DNA of 37,631 nucleotides from a virus. Its lineage: Duplodnaviria > Caudoviricetes. A program made the translations under genes and the position numbers. The first letter of the stretch is position 1. Each line of letters begins with the position of its first letter. Location of the stretch: IMG/VR virus record IMGVR_UViG_3300011338_000631, positions 1-37,631 of that record. One strand, given 5' to 3'. Below the pieces are notes generated by a model, which did no database searches, was not told the origin of the DNA, and was given only the letters and a program-made list of their open reading frames with translations. Shown here piece by piece: positions 15,666 through 25,147 of the stretch.

Positions 15666-16859
15666 TTAATTAGTTTTGAATCCACTGAAGATCGACTTCA
15701 GGAAGTCCACGATTGCTTTGACAATCTTCTCCAGTGCAGATAATCGCTCAAGCACATCGCCTTGACCTGGAGTAGTAGGATCAATATCAATAGGTGGCTC
15801 TGGTACTGGCTCTCGTGGTGGCTCTGGCTGAGTGCTTGGCACTTCACCGAAGCGACTGAGTTCAATACCCCAGTTCTTCTTGTTGTCTCGAGCCCATCGG
15901 CTTCGGACATACAGAATACCATCAGTATTCGTGAGCTTCTCCACCAGATCAATCACTGTGCCTGCAGTTATGGTCTCACCGATGAATGCCTTATTCGTGA
16001 GATCATAGACCTTCAGATCCACAGCAGCTTGCATCTTGCGAGGAGTGTCCATTGCCACCCATACAGGAGCTGCAGGAGGAGTCGGCTGAGTCGGAGCAGG
16101 CACATAGTCTGCACAGTCTACTGTATTGAATCCATATGTCTGCCTGATATTGCCTTCATTGTATGAGTATGCAGTCATGTAGTATTCGCCACCGAGAGAG
16201 TTGCGAGCGATCGCCACCACATCGATGAGCTCATCCTTACCATATGGCTTCACAGCCTGAGCTTTGGACCAGTCGCTGAAGTTGAAATTCCATAGGTTAG
16301 CAGTACGGATCAGCTTGATTCGCTTCGGTGTGATCTTCTTGTATGTGATACCAGCAGGAGCTGGAGTCGGCTTCGGAGCATTCTCTTTTGCGATGCGAGC
16401 CTTTGCATTATTCCAGCAGGCTGCAGCGTATCCCTTATCCTTGAGATCTGCAGGGCAGAGAGTCACTTTGTCAGAGACATCTTTGTGATAAGTCAGGACC
16501 AGATGTGGCCAGATCTTCAGGCATTGATACATCACTTCAGTCAGGTTATTGAGAGTGGCCTGATCATAGTATCCATTCCTCCAGTCACCTCGGACCTCAC
16601 AGGTCAGAGACTCCTGATTGCTCGGCCAGTTGCCATTCGTATATGGAGTGTCATCGGTATCGACATACTGCTCTCGGACTGATCCAGATACATAGAAGGT
16701 ACTCGATGCACCACGAGCAGGATCTCCCCATAGATAGCGAAGAGTCTGCTCCCATCCAGCAGAGTGATGGACTGTGAAGCAGCGGATCGCTCGACCACGC
16801 CCCTTCTGATAATTCCCTGCTGCTGCCTGGAAGTATCCTGTTATGTTTGGTAGTCGCAT
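15666..16859 (-). CDS. Endolysin, N-acetylmuramoyl-L-alanine amidase (Amidase_2) with Pro-rich linkers and accessory domains
   Basis: TVHHSAG, EQYVDTDDTPYTNG, SLTCEV, YHKD...TLCP zinc-amidase motifs. Confidence 0.88.
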   Translation of the reverse strand: MRLPNITGYFQAAAGNYQKGRGRAIRCFTVHHSAGWEQTLRYLWGDPARGASSTFYVSGSVREQYVDTDDTPYTNGNWPSNQESLTCEVRGDWRNGYYDQATLNNLTEVMYQCLKIWPHLVLTYHKDVSDKVTLCPADLKDKGYAAACWNNAKARIAKENAPKPTPAPAGITYKKITPKRIKLIRTANLWNFNFSDWSKAQAVKPYGKDELIDVVAIARNSLGGEYYMTAYSYNEGNIRQTYGFNTVDCADYVPAPTQPTPPAAPVWVAMDTPRKMQAAVDLKVYDLTNKAFIGETITAGTVIDLVEKLTNTDGILYVRSRWARDNKKNWGIELSRFGEVPSTQPEPPREPVPEPPIDIDPTTPGQGDVLERLSALEKIVKAIVDFLKSIFSGFKTN

Positions 16860-16871
16860 GATTGCACCTCC

Positions 16872-17162
16872 TTACTTTGTGAAATACGCCTGGATCAAAA
16901 TAGCCATGATCGATCCGAGTACTGCCGACAAAATTCCTGTGATTGCTACTGTCACTGAGTTCTTCAGTTTGACCTTCTCGAATTCCTTCTTCAATTCAGC
17001 AATCTCGATCGAGGTCGATTCCTTGAATTCAGAGAATTGAGTGTGGTTCACAACAGTTGGCATCACTTGATCGAATTTGTGTTGCAAGTCCTTGACCCCT
17101 TCGATCACTGTGTCCATCTTTGTTTCTACTGCCACAAGCCTCTCCAGCTCCGTCTTTGCCAT
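16872..17162 (-). CDS. Coiled-coil protein with C-terminal TM (holin/XhlA-like lysis accessory)
   Basis: ERLVAVETKMD..., single C-terminal TM, upstream of the endolysin; start could be 17183. Confidence 0.65.
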   Translation of the reverse strand: MAKTELERLVAVETKMDTVIEGVKDLQHKFDQVMPTVVNHTQFSEFKESTSIEIAELKKEFEKVKLKNSVTVAITGILSAVLGSIMAILIQAYFTK

Positions 17163-17232
17163 GTATTCTTGTTGCTCCCTCATAGATAAAAACAATAATG
17201 CTTATCCACCATCTATATTCATTGTGCCATAA

Positions 17233-17505
17233 TCAGCCTATCTTGATAGACTGGCCGACAGGGAATTCACGATCGTCTTCTGGTATATGATTGCCACAGA
17301 GATGACAGCGGAAGACACTGCCTCCTGTGAGACCACAATAGAAGCAGCAGCGACACTTCCTGCAGGTCGCTCGGTACTGGTCCTGATCAGCTCCACAGCG
17401 AGGGCATTCCAGAGTACTGCAGATCTTTGGCTCTCTATTCTGTGGCACTTTGTCAGCAGGCACTCCAGTCAGAGGTCGCTTCATGACTGCATGGCGACTC
17501 TTCAT
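17233..17505 (-). CDS. Cys-rich zinc-finger protein
   Basis: CPRC, CRKC, CFYC, CHLC; start uncertain (17505 or 17520). Confidence 0.65.
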   Translation of the reverse strand: MKSRHAVMKRPLTGVPADKVPQNREPKICSTLECPRCGADQDQYRATCRKCRCCFYCGLTGGSVFRCHLCGNHIPEDDREFPVGQSIKIG

Positions 17506-17522
17506 GCCGAGCTTCGGCACTA

Positions 17523-18026
17523 TCACCGAATTCCTGTGGTAGTGAATAGAGCGTCTATCTTCCATAATTCCAGTGTTCCTACTGTTGATGTATTTAGCAA
17601 ATTATCCGAGAGCAATATCTCTACTGCAGTATATCCAGTCTCGGCAGGATTGTCATCGAAGCCAGACTCGGTATATTCCACATTGGTATTATCAAGCAGG
17701 TGAGTCAGATCGATAGAGATATCGACACGCCTGTTTGAATCGGCCGAGACATTCAGGATCTCTCTTCTTTGGTAGTTTGATTCAGATGTATTAGGGAAGG
17801 GAGGGAGCTCATCGACAATACCTATCGACTGGACCACTCGATCTCCACTGGCCACGCCTGCATCAAATTGCATGACAAAGTGGCAGTACAGTCTCTCGAT
17901 CGTGAGAGCATCCTTCGGTGGCAGCATATACATGAAGAATCTTCCTGTGCAGATAGTCTGATTTGAATCGGCAGCAATAGTCTTCATGCTGTATGGATAC
18001 ACCTGTAATTTGTTTCTTGTTCCCAT
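17523..18026 (-). CDS. Putative minor virion/tail-associated protein (167 aa)
   Basis: Position after tail genes; beta-rich composition. Confidence 0.6.
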   Translation of the reverse strand: MGTRNKLQVYPYSMKTIAADSNQTICTGRFFMYMLPPKDALTIERLYCHFVMQFDAGVASGDRVVQSIGIVDELPPFPNTSESNYQRREILNVSADSNRRVDISIDLTHLLDNTNVEYTESGFDDNPAETGYTAVEILLSDNLLNTSTVGTLELWKIDALFTTTGIR

Positions 18027-18027
18027 G

Positions 18028-18564
18028 TTAGTGCCTCACCTGATAATTATGCTGCACGACTCGGAGATACTGGACATCATCGACATAGAGCTGATCAGAG
18101 ACATAGAGCGGATTATCCCATGCAATATGTACATACATAATGCCAGACCAGTCAGAGTCGGTCGGCTGAGGTAGCTGGCTTCCGCTGATCTCGATATCGT
18201 ATGGTGGCACAAGGTTATCCTGCAGGAGATTCTGATCAAAGACTTCCTGATCGGTCATCACACCATCATTGCTGAATGCCAGATACCAGTCCACCTGAGT
18301 ACCGAGATTGTAGCTGTTACTACAGAAGCCACTCGGACCAGCATCAGGGTAGAGCACCACTCCGAAGAATTCTGGATTGCGGAGCAGGATCGAGTCCTGC
18401 CTGGTCATGTATGGATGCATCTCAATACCGAATCGGACCTGTGTCTTGTTCTGGACCACAGCACAATCGCCACCACCCATACCACCACAATAGAGGAATA
18501 CAGTGAAGTCCTTCTTCTGCAAGCTCTTCGGGTATCCCTGGAGATTGGTATCTGATGCACCCAT
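18028..18564 (-). CDS. Putative minor virion/tail-associated protein (178 aa)
   Basis: Position; TAATG coupling. Confidence 0.6.
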   Translation of the reverse strand: MGASDTNLQGYPKSLQKKDFTVFLYCGGMGGGDCAVVQNKTQVRFGIEMHPYMTRQDSILLRNPEFFGVVLYPDAGPSGFCSNSYNLGTQVDWYLAFSNDGVMTDQEVFDQNLLQDNLVPPYDIEISGSQLPQPTDSDWSGIMYVHIAWDNPLYVSDQLYVDDVQYLRVVQHNYQVRH

Positions 18565-19148
18565 TATGCGAGCCCCATCTGCATAGTGCAGTCCACTTCA
18601 AATTTTGTGAAGGTGTAGCCAGTGCCTTTGCTCGGAGCTTGATCGAAGCAGAGCAGGACCACGAAGGCATCATCCTTGAAATAAGTATCTCCTCGGTGGT
18701 ACATGGCAGGGTAGAGATTCAGTCGCTGGATATTGAATGTGCTGGCTGCAGCGATATCATAGGCAGTATCTCGGCCAGTGATCAGGCGATGCTGTCGCTC
18801 AATGTAGTCATCATCATAAGATGTCTCGGCAGTGTAGCGACTAGCGAAGTATCCGATGGCGATGCGGAATTTGCGAGCACCCTCGGCATTTGCGGTCCTG
18901 AATTTGAGATTCAGATTCGCCTCGATAATGTCACCATACTGAGGCTGCAGTACTCGGATCGGATTGGTTGCTGCTATTGTGCCAGCTCCTGAATAAGAGC
19001 TCGGCACTAGATTCCTCAGATCTCCATAGTAGTTACTGCTGAATGGTGAGCTTATGTCCTGGTCCGAGTTCTGGCCACGATTATATCCCCACACATTTGC
19101 ATAGTATGGTATGGCTGTCTTGCGGAGTGATTGGTCCTGGACTCCCAT
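18564..19148 (-). CDS. Putative minor virion/tail-associated protein (194 aa)
   Basis: Start moved to MGVQDQ to remove the overlap with the upstream gene. Confidence 0.6.
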   Translation of the reverse strand: MGVQDQSLRKTAIPYYANVWGYNRGQNSDQDISSPFSSNYYGDLRNLVPSSYSGAGTIAATNPIRVLQPQYGDIIEANLNLKFRTANAEGARKFRIAIGYFASRYTAETSYDDDYIERQHRLITGRDTAYDIAAASTFNIQRLNLYPAMYHRGDTYFKDDAFVVLLCFDQAPSKGTGYTFTKFEVDCTMQMGLA

Positions 19149-19156
19149 AGGACCGC

Positions 19157-19720
19157 CTATGTCTTCCGACCGATTGCGATCCAGGCTATAGCATATTGAG
19201 TAGTGCTTGCCATATTCTCGGCAGCACCTGTACCAGCATTGATTCGATGTATTAACAAACTGCATCCAGAGACAGTCACATTTGATGACGATGCTATATG
19301 CAGACCAGTAGTCGATTCGGTTGTCAGTTGGTTCACGAATGATACAAGCGGAGATGCACTTGATAGAGCACAAGCATACTCAGCAATCACGATCGGAGCA
19401 GCACTGTATGCAATCGGGAAGGATAGAGGCTTCTCAATTTGTGGAGTACCATCTCCGACAATGCTCAAAAAGCCAGTCTGTATAAGAGTGTTGTCTCCAT
19501 ATACATCTGTGCTTTGGTTTTGTCTTAATACACCGAGCTTGACCGAGCTACCTGAAGCTGCGGTGAAGATCAGATGATTTGCTGAGGCTGCTTTGATTGG
19601 ACTAGATATGGCACTCAGGCCAGATCCGTTATTGAAGCTGGCATCGTTATCCCATAGCTGCTGCCACTTGGCAGGTGTCGGCTGTTCGTCTGCGACAAAG
19701 ACTTGATACTGATATCCCAT
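19157..19720 (-). CDS. Tail fibre/receptor-binding-like protein, paralog 2 (gp53-like/H-lectin-type C-terminus)
   Basis: LIQTG...FPIAYSAAPIVIA...AWIAIG; paralog of 19730..20272. Confidence 0.7.
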   Translation of the reverse strand: MGYQYQVFVADEQPTPAKWQQLWDNDASFNNGSGLSAISSPIKAASANHLIFTAASGSSVKLGVLRQNQSTDVYGDNTLIQTGFLSIVGDGTPQIEKPLSFPIAYSAAPIVIAEYACALSSASPLVSFVNQLTTESTTGLHIASSSNVTVSGCSLLIHRINAGTGAAENMASTTQYAIAWIAIGRKT

Positions 19721-19729
19721 GCCGACTCC

Positions 19730-20272
19730 TTATCCGCTATATTTACCTATTGCTATCCATGCTCCTGCATAGTATGTGCCTGCATTCATGTTCCCAGTTG
19801 CCCTGTGAAGCCTCATTGTGAAGCCAGTTGTCGTAACATCATCACTTGTAGCAGCATGCAATGCAGTAGATTCTGCTGTCAGGTCAGTGATACTGTCAGG
19901 CACAATACCACTGGTATCGGCTGCAGCATAGCCGACAAGCACAATCGGAGCAGCATCAAAGGTGATGCCGAATGTTACCGCTGCACTGTTCAGACCAGTA
20001 CCGTTTCCATTGATACCCTTGAATCCAGTCAGTACCACGACATTAGTTTCATATGTATTAGTCGATTGATTCTGTCTGAGACCTGAGAATTTGACTAGCT
20101 TGTTTGCTGCAGGTGTCAGAGTCAGATGGTTGCCTGCTGCAGCAGTGATGGCATTGGCAATGGCATTGAGCCCTGAGCCATCATTGAAGCTGGCATCATT
20201 GGCCCACAGTAGATTCATCTTTGAAGTGGTTGGCACTTCATCAGCTACGAATGTGCTTGCTGTATATCCCAT
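19730..20272 (-). CDS. Tail fibre/receptor-binding-like protein, paralog 1
   Basis: VTFGITFDAAPIVLVG...VTTTGFT...AWIAIG. Confidence 0.7.
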   Translation of the reverse strand: MGYTASTFVADEVPTTSKMNLLWANDASFNDGSGLNAIANAITAAAGNHLTLTPAANKLVKFSGLRQNQSTNTYETNVVVLTGFKGINGNGTGLNSAAVTFGITFDAAPIVLVGYAAADTSGIVPDSITDLTAESTALHAATSDDVTTTGFTMRLHRATGNMNAGTYYAGAWIAIGKYSG

Positions 20273-20275
20273 AAC

Positions 20276-20731
20276 CTACACCCTCTCCACGCTGAAATTC
20301 TCGAGGAATTTCTTCTTGCCTTCCACTCGGAATTTCGGCTTGTATTTTTTGTCTGCTTTGATCTTCTCCGCTATCTGATGCTTCTCGAATGGACTGAGAT
20401 ATACCAGGTCAGATCCTGCAGGCACACTGCCCTTCTCCACTGAAGCAATGCGAGAGTCATTGCCACAATCACACTGATAGCCGACCATCCGCTCACCAGT
20501 CGGAGCTTCATCCAGTCGGACTCTGTGGCTGAGCATGTGATTGCCGATCGGGATCACGATCTTGCCGATCTCATTCGGCTGAAGGCCCATCGGATCTCCA
20601 CCCATAAGCTCGAAGGCTAGGAATTCTCCACACTTCTCACAGCGTACTACGTCCACGACATCATAATGGTTGCGATAAAAATGGATCATCTGGTCCACAT
20701 CTGCTTCACCGATTTGACTGCTTGCTATCAT
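20276..20731 (-). CDS. Hypothetical protein with possible metal site
   Basis: CEKC...CDCG; own TATAAT and AGAGGAG RBS. Confidence 0.7.
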   Translation of the reverse strand: MIASSQIGEADVDQMIHFYRNHYDVVDVVRCEKCGEFLAFELMGGDPMGLQPNEIGKIVIPIGNHMLSHRVRLDEAPTGERMVGYQCDCGNDSRIASVEKGSVPAGSDLVYLSPFEKHQIAEKIKADKKYKPKFRVEGKKKFLENFSVERV

Positions 20732-20779
20732 GATATCTCCTCTACTTTGATTATAGCTTGATTTGTGCTCTCCGATAGA

Positions 20780-22384
20780 TCAGGGAGCGATCCCATCAGG
20801 TCCACCGATCTTGCTTTGATTGATGGTCCAGTACCGCTTCGGTGTCCGCTCCTCCACCTCCAGGACTTGCGAATAGATGCCATTGCGATCGATGACATTG
20901 GTGATGCCTGTGATGTAGACATTCTTGAGCTCACGAGTATCCTGAATGTATATCTGACCAGAGTCTCCGATCTGCCGAGCAGGATCTGAGCCGATGGCCA
21001 CAGGGCAGATGTACCGCTTGCCAGGAGACTTGTACTCCTTGACCAGCGTGTATGCCAGAGTCCGAGCTTGCGATGCATCCTGGATCAGATCATTCTCAAT
21101 CACCAGAGGCTCGCCATTATTCATCGGGTTTCGGCCGAAGGCTTCAATCGATGTGGCATCCTGATACCGCTCCTCGATCGGATATGTGACCTTCGCTGGA
21201 GTGGCATAGATCACAAGCTGAGTCAGGTATAATCGGCCGATGTGTGAATTGCGGAAGGTGACTCGATAAGTATTGCCGAAGCTGTATGCCGAGATGACTG
21301 TGATATTCGCATTGAATGCCAGGCCAGATCCATCCTCATTGATGTTGCTGGCATAGTAGCTCTGAGATCCGCTGGCTGTGGTGATGTACTTCGGAATGTC
21401 TACTGTGGTGACTGGCAGATCGCCATCATCATCAGTGAAGTCAATGAATACATCAGTGTCTTGTCCTGGCTCAAGAGCAATGGTCGTGGTGGACTCCCAT
21501 ATCTTCTGCCTTGCCTGGACCGCTCGAGGCTTGGATCTCACGATCACATCATTGATGATCGGAGTATTCTGCCACTGAATATCTTTGATATTGGAATAGG
21601 TGAGCTGGAAGCTGACCACTCCAGATTGTGTCAGAGAGTGCTGTCGATTCCAGGATCTGATCAAGCCATTCTCATCCACGAATGACATTGCCTGCTCTGC
21701 TTCATCGAGCTTCTGGAAGATCTCACCAGCCTTCTTCCCATTAGTTGCAAGGAAGCCGATCGGTGGCTGTAGCGATTTGTCGAATAGGTACTGGCTAGAT
21801 GTGAAGCCTGCCTCCTCTAGCAGAGCTGCTTTTATCTCATGAGCATACTTGCTGACCTGAGCTCCAGAGGCTGTGCTCACGAAGCCATTGATATAGTTGA
21901 ATGCATCGAAGGCGTGGAGGTTTGTCAGGCGATTATTTAGCGAGTTGCTTGGCATAGTAGTGAAGCCGACAAAGAGCTTCATGTACTCATCCTCGATACC
22001 GACTGAGATCTTGATCGGTCGATTAGGCAGGCCGACACCAGAGCCGATAGTGGTATCAAATTGAGGCAGGAATTTCTTGCTCGTATTGTCGAGCTCGATA
22101 TCCGCTTCAGCCATGATCACACCATATGGATACTGGCCGAGCTTGCGATAGACAGAGATGCTCTTCACATATTGCGAATAGTCAGACAGTGCATACTTAT
22201 CAAAGAAGGTCGTGACTCCACCACCACCCTTGATAATATCTGGACCACCGATGCGAGACTGATTGATGGTCCAGAATCTCACTCCCGAATTCGTGGTCCG
22301 ATTGAAGCCAGCCAGGAAGCCGAAGCCGATACGCCTCGATCCTTGTGTGACTTTGTTGGCCCATCCGCTCGAAGTAGTCTGCAT
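20780..22384 (-). CDS. Tail tip/baseplate hub protein
   Basis: Follows tape measure and distal tail genes; IELDN, SFVDENGLIR, IINDVIV, YQDATSIEAFG pattern. Confidence 0.75.
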   Translation of the reverse strand: MQTTSSGWANKVTQGSRRIGFGFLAGFNRTTNSGVRFWTINQSRIGGPDIIKGGGGVTTFFDKYALSDYSQYVKSISVYRKLGQYPYGVIMAEADIELDNTSKKFLPQFDTTIGSGVGLPNRPIKISVGIEDEYMKLFVGFTTMPSNSLNNRLTNLHAFDAFNYINGFVSTASGAQVSKYAHEIKAALLEEAGFTSSQYLFDKSLQPPIGFLATNGKKAGEIFQKLDEAEQAMSFVDENGLIRSWNRQHSLTQSGVVSFQLTYSNIKDIQWQNTPIINDVIVRSKPRAVQARQKIWESTTTIALEPGQDTDVFIDFTDDDGDLPVTTVDIPKYITTASGSQSYYASNINEDGSGLAFNANITVISAYSFGNTYRVTFRNSHIGRLYLTQLVIYATPAKVTYPIEERYQDATSIEAFGRNPMNNGEPLVIENDLIQDASQARTLAYTLVKEYKSPGKRYICPVAIGSDPARQIGDSGQIYIQDTRELKNVYITGITNVIDRNGIYSQVLEVEERTPKRYWTINQSKIGGPDGIAP

Positions 22385-22385
22385 A

Positions 22386-22754
22386 TTAGAATTGCCTTAT
22401 TCTTACTTTATAAGATGTCAGGAGACTCTCTCCTGGCATGTAATCTCCTTCCTCTGGATATGGCAGACCAGAGAATGAGAGCACCCCATATTTACTTGAA
22501 GGGTTATAGTAGTTCACTCCTGAGCCTGACACAAATAGATTATCGAGTGTGCCGAATTCTGCTGTGGTTATTCGATTATAAGTGAGCTCCACATTGTATT
22601 TGAATCCTTGTGGGTTGGAAGGCGTGGAGATCCGATTCCTCTGAATGCCACCATCGATTGCCTGGCTGTCGGACTGAATAAACTCTCGCCACTCCCTCAG
22701 CTTGGTCGGCTGTGGAATGACACCGCTATTGACTGTGATCGGGTTCAGACTCAT
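22386..22754 (-). CDS. Distal tail protein-like
   Basis: 122 aa directly after the tape measure gene. Confidence 0.6.
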   Translation of the reverse strand: MSLNPITVNSGVIPQPTKLREWREFIQSDSQAIDGGIQRNRISTPSNPQGFKYNVELTYNRITTAEFGTLDNLFVSGSGVNYYNPSSKYGVLSFSGLPYPEEGDYMPGESLLTSYKVRIRQF

Positions 22755-24607
22755 TGTGGTGATACTCCTATAGACTGCAGATTGATGCCATTAGATTTTG
22801 CGATCCGAGTGAATTCCACCCACATCCGCTCAGCGATCTCTCGATACTCTGTAGGCATGCCTGCAAACATTCCCACCTGCACAGTAGGAGCGAATTCAAT
22901 GATGGTCTGATTCTGTGGACCAGAGCTCACAGGAGTACCGACACCACCGCTTCGATTGCGGAGCATATTCATAGTGTCGCTATTAGTGAAGACATCAGAT
23001 CCCTTCGGAAGATTGACAAGCTCTGGACCTTGCTCACCGACCATCGCCCATCCACCCTCGAAGTTGCGGACACCAGTTGCGAATCCAGGTATCACATCTC
23101 GGACCTTGCCGAGCGGTCCAGGAATATCCCAGTCTCCGAGCTTATCTCTGAGCAGTTGGCCGACATTTCCGATAGCTCCGACAATCCTGCCAGGTATGCC
23201 AGTGATGAAGTCGAATGCCTTCTGGAATGGAGTGACTATTGCATTGTAGACACCACCAAGAGCAGAGCCGATCTGCCCTGCGATCCTACCGACAGAGCCG
23301 ACAAAGTTCTTGAGCCAGCCGATAGCAGAGGCCACCCATCCGATAATGTTACTGAGCCACTCGATACCGAGTCTCAATGCATTCACGAAGATCATGATCT
23401 GTGCAAAGACCACAGCACCGAGGATGATGCCGAGAGTCTTGAGTACTGGTATCAGGATCGGAGAGATCTGATCCCATAGCTTCTTGAGTGCTGGCAATAG
23501 TCGCTCAGTGAATACTCGCCAGATCTCCATGAGAGCAGGCTGCAGATACTTTTGCCAGAGATCAGTCATCACCTGGATCACAGGCTGCAGCTTTTGCATG
23601 ACACCTTGCAGACCACCGAAGCGATCCATCAGGAGCTTAATGCCGAAGCCTAGTGCAGCACCTGCAGCAATGAATGGCAGCAGCGGAGCAAGAGCTCCCC
23701 ATATGGCAGCACCCATTGCAACAAAGGCAGGCACGAGGCCACCGATAATTGCACCAGCTATGACAGGCAGCCAGGGCTGGATCTCAGTGAATAGATTTTT
23801 GAGCGATTGCAGCATACCTTCTGGACCACCCATTGACTCCATCCAGTCATTGAATGCTCCGATCAGCGGACTGACTAGGTTGCTTGTGAATTCTCCTACC
23901 AGCTCCATGAAGTCACCGAAGGTATTCTTGAATGCGGTCATCTGGCCTTGTGGTGTTTTGCGGAGAGCCTCATTCACCTTGCCATAATTCTGAGCCAGGA
24001 CTTCATTCAATGTGTTGGCTCGCTGAGTCTCATCGCCATTCTTGAGCAGCTCCTTCTGAGTATCAGACAGCGTGACACCATAGCGAGAGAGAGCACCGAC
24101 ATTCCCAGTCATCACCTTACCGACCAGGTTATTGATTGTGACCATATCTTCTGCAGTAGCATTGTGGCCTTTGAGCTGAGCCACCATGTCAGCGATCTTC
24201 GGAGTCAGCTTCTCAATAGTAGATCCCTGCAAGTTGAATGTAGCGAGCTGAGATTGACCAGCAATAATTGCATCATCCTCGATGACACCGAGCTTCTGCA
24301 GTTCTGAAGCCTGTCTCTGTAGTGAAGCGACATGCTCTTCTGTAGCACCCTTCACATTGAGCAGGTTGGTCCTGAGCTTTGTGGCTGCTTCGACAGAGGC
24401 ATTGTATGCAGACATTGACTGAGCACCGAATACACCTGCAGCCAGGCCAGCAGCAGTGAGTCCACCCATCAGAGCGAATGATCCACCTTCTGCCTTCTTG
24501 AATGCAGCACCCAGGCCAGAGCCTGACTTCTCAGCTTTGCCGAGAGCCTTCTCGAGACCGCTTGTGTCTCCATTGATTCGGACCATCAGATCCCGAGTGT
24601 TAGCCAT
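22751..24607 (-). CDS. Tail tape measure protein
   Basis: LMVRINGDTSGL start, Ala/Gly-rich helices, W-periodic repeats, FATG...MVGEQGPELV. Confidence 0.92.
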   Translation of the reverse strand: MANTRDLMVRINGDTSGLEKALGKAEKSGSGLGAAFKKAEGGSFALMGGLTAAGLAAGVFGAQSMSAYNASVEAATKLRTNLLNVKGATEEHVASLQRQASELQKLGVIEDDAIIAGQSQLATFNLQGSTIEKLTPKIADMVAQLKGHNATAEDMVTINNLVGKVMTGNVGALSRYGVTLSDTQKELLKNGDETQRANTLNEVLAQNYGKVNEALRKTPQGQMTAFKNTFGDFMELVGEFTSNLVSPLIGAFNDWMESMGGPEGMLQSLKNLFTEIQPWLPVIAGAIIGGLVPAFVAMGAAIWGALAPLLPFIAAGAALGFGIKLLMDRFGGLQGVMQKLQPVIQVMTDLWQKYLQPALMEIWRVFTERLLPALKKLWDQISPILIPVLKTLGIILGAVVFAQIMIFVNALRLGIEWLSNIIGWVASAIGWLKNFVGSVGRIAGQIGSALGGVYNAIVTPFQKAFDFITGIPGRIVGAIGNVGQLLRDKLGDWDIPGPLGKVRDVIPGFATGVRNFEGGWAMVGEQGPELVNLPKGSDVFTNSDTMNMLRNRSGGVGTPVSSGPQNQTIIEFAPTVQVGMFAGMPTEYREIAERMWVEFTRIAKSNGINLQSIGVSPQ

Positions 24608-24830
24608 TATTCAATCCCTGCTCAAGCTCCTGCTGTTTCATTTTCTCGAAGCTCCCTTCTATTCTTATTATAGTCAAAAACTCGAGTATCCTATCTGATG
24701 GCTGAGCATCTAACTCGGAGGGAGTCCAGCCGAAGTGCTTACACAGCACATAGTCCAGGTATGGTCTTGGCACTCGCTTTTTCGGATCTTCATCCGACAG
24801 ATAGCTTATGATTTCTTGGCTGAGTTTTTT
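24600..24830 (-). CDS. Tail assembly chaperone -1 frameshift extension (gpGT-like)
   Basis: Slippery A9C at 24824-24833; -1 frame open as LSQEIISYL...LCKHFGWTPSELDAQP...NNG* up to the tape measure start. Confidence 0.8.
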   Translation of the reverse strand, partial: KKLSQEIISYLSDEDPKKRVPRPYLDYVLCKHFGWTPSELDAQPSDRILEFLTIIRIEGSFEKMKQQELEQGLNNG

Positions 24831-25147
24831 TTTGACTCATCGGCAGTAGCCTTATCAGCTCCTGCTTCTTTGATCAAGAATAGTGCATCTGCTGGCTCGA
24901 GCAGGTCCATATTTTCTTCAGTGATCTCAGCGACAGTGCCATCAGGCTTGTCGAGATTCCAGTCCTTCACGATCATCATCAGCATCTTGTCAGCCGACAT
25001 GACCATATCGACATCGCCATTCTCATCGAGCTGCAGCGAATGCTTTGTCTGCCCCCATTGGATACCTTCATAGATCTCCACCCAGTATTCGGGAGCTGTT
25101 GGCAGATTGACTTTTCGGCTTGTTCGGCCTTCCTTAAAATATGGCAT
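24806..25147 (-). CDS. Tail assembly chaperone (gpG-like)
   Basis: IVKDWNLD...ITEENMDLL, ends KKN; between tube and tape measure genes. Confidence 0.85.
   Translation of the reverse strand: MPYFKEGRTSRKVNLPTAPEYWVEIYEGIQWGQTKHSLQLDENGDVDMVMSADKMLMMIVKDWNLDKPDGTVAEITEENMDLLEPADALFLIKEAGADKATADESKKNSAKKS

Noticed and set aside
19149-19373. N-terminal 75 aa of ORF 18564..19373
   Set aside because: Overlaps the fibre gene in another frame; the start at 19148 fits better
19157-22290. Diversity-generating retroelement or invertible fibre cassette
   Set aside because: No reverse transcriptase or invertase, and the repeats do not differ only at adenines
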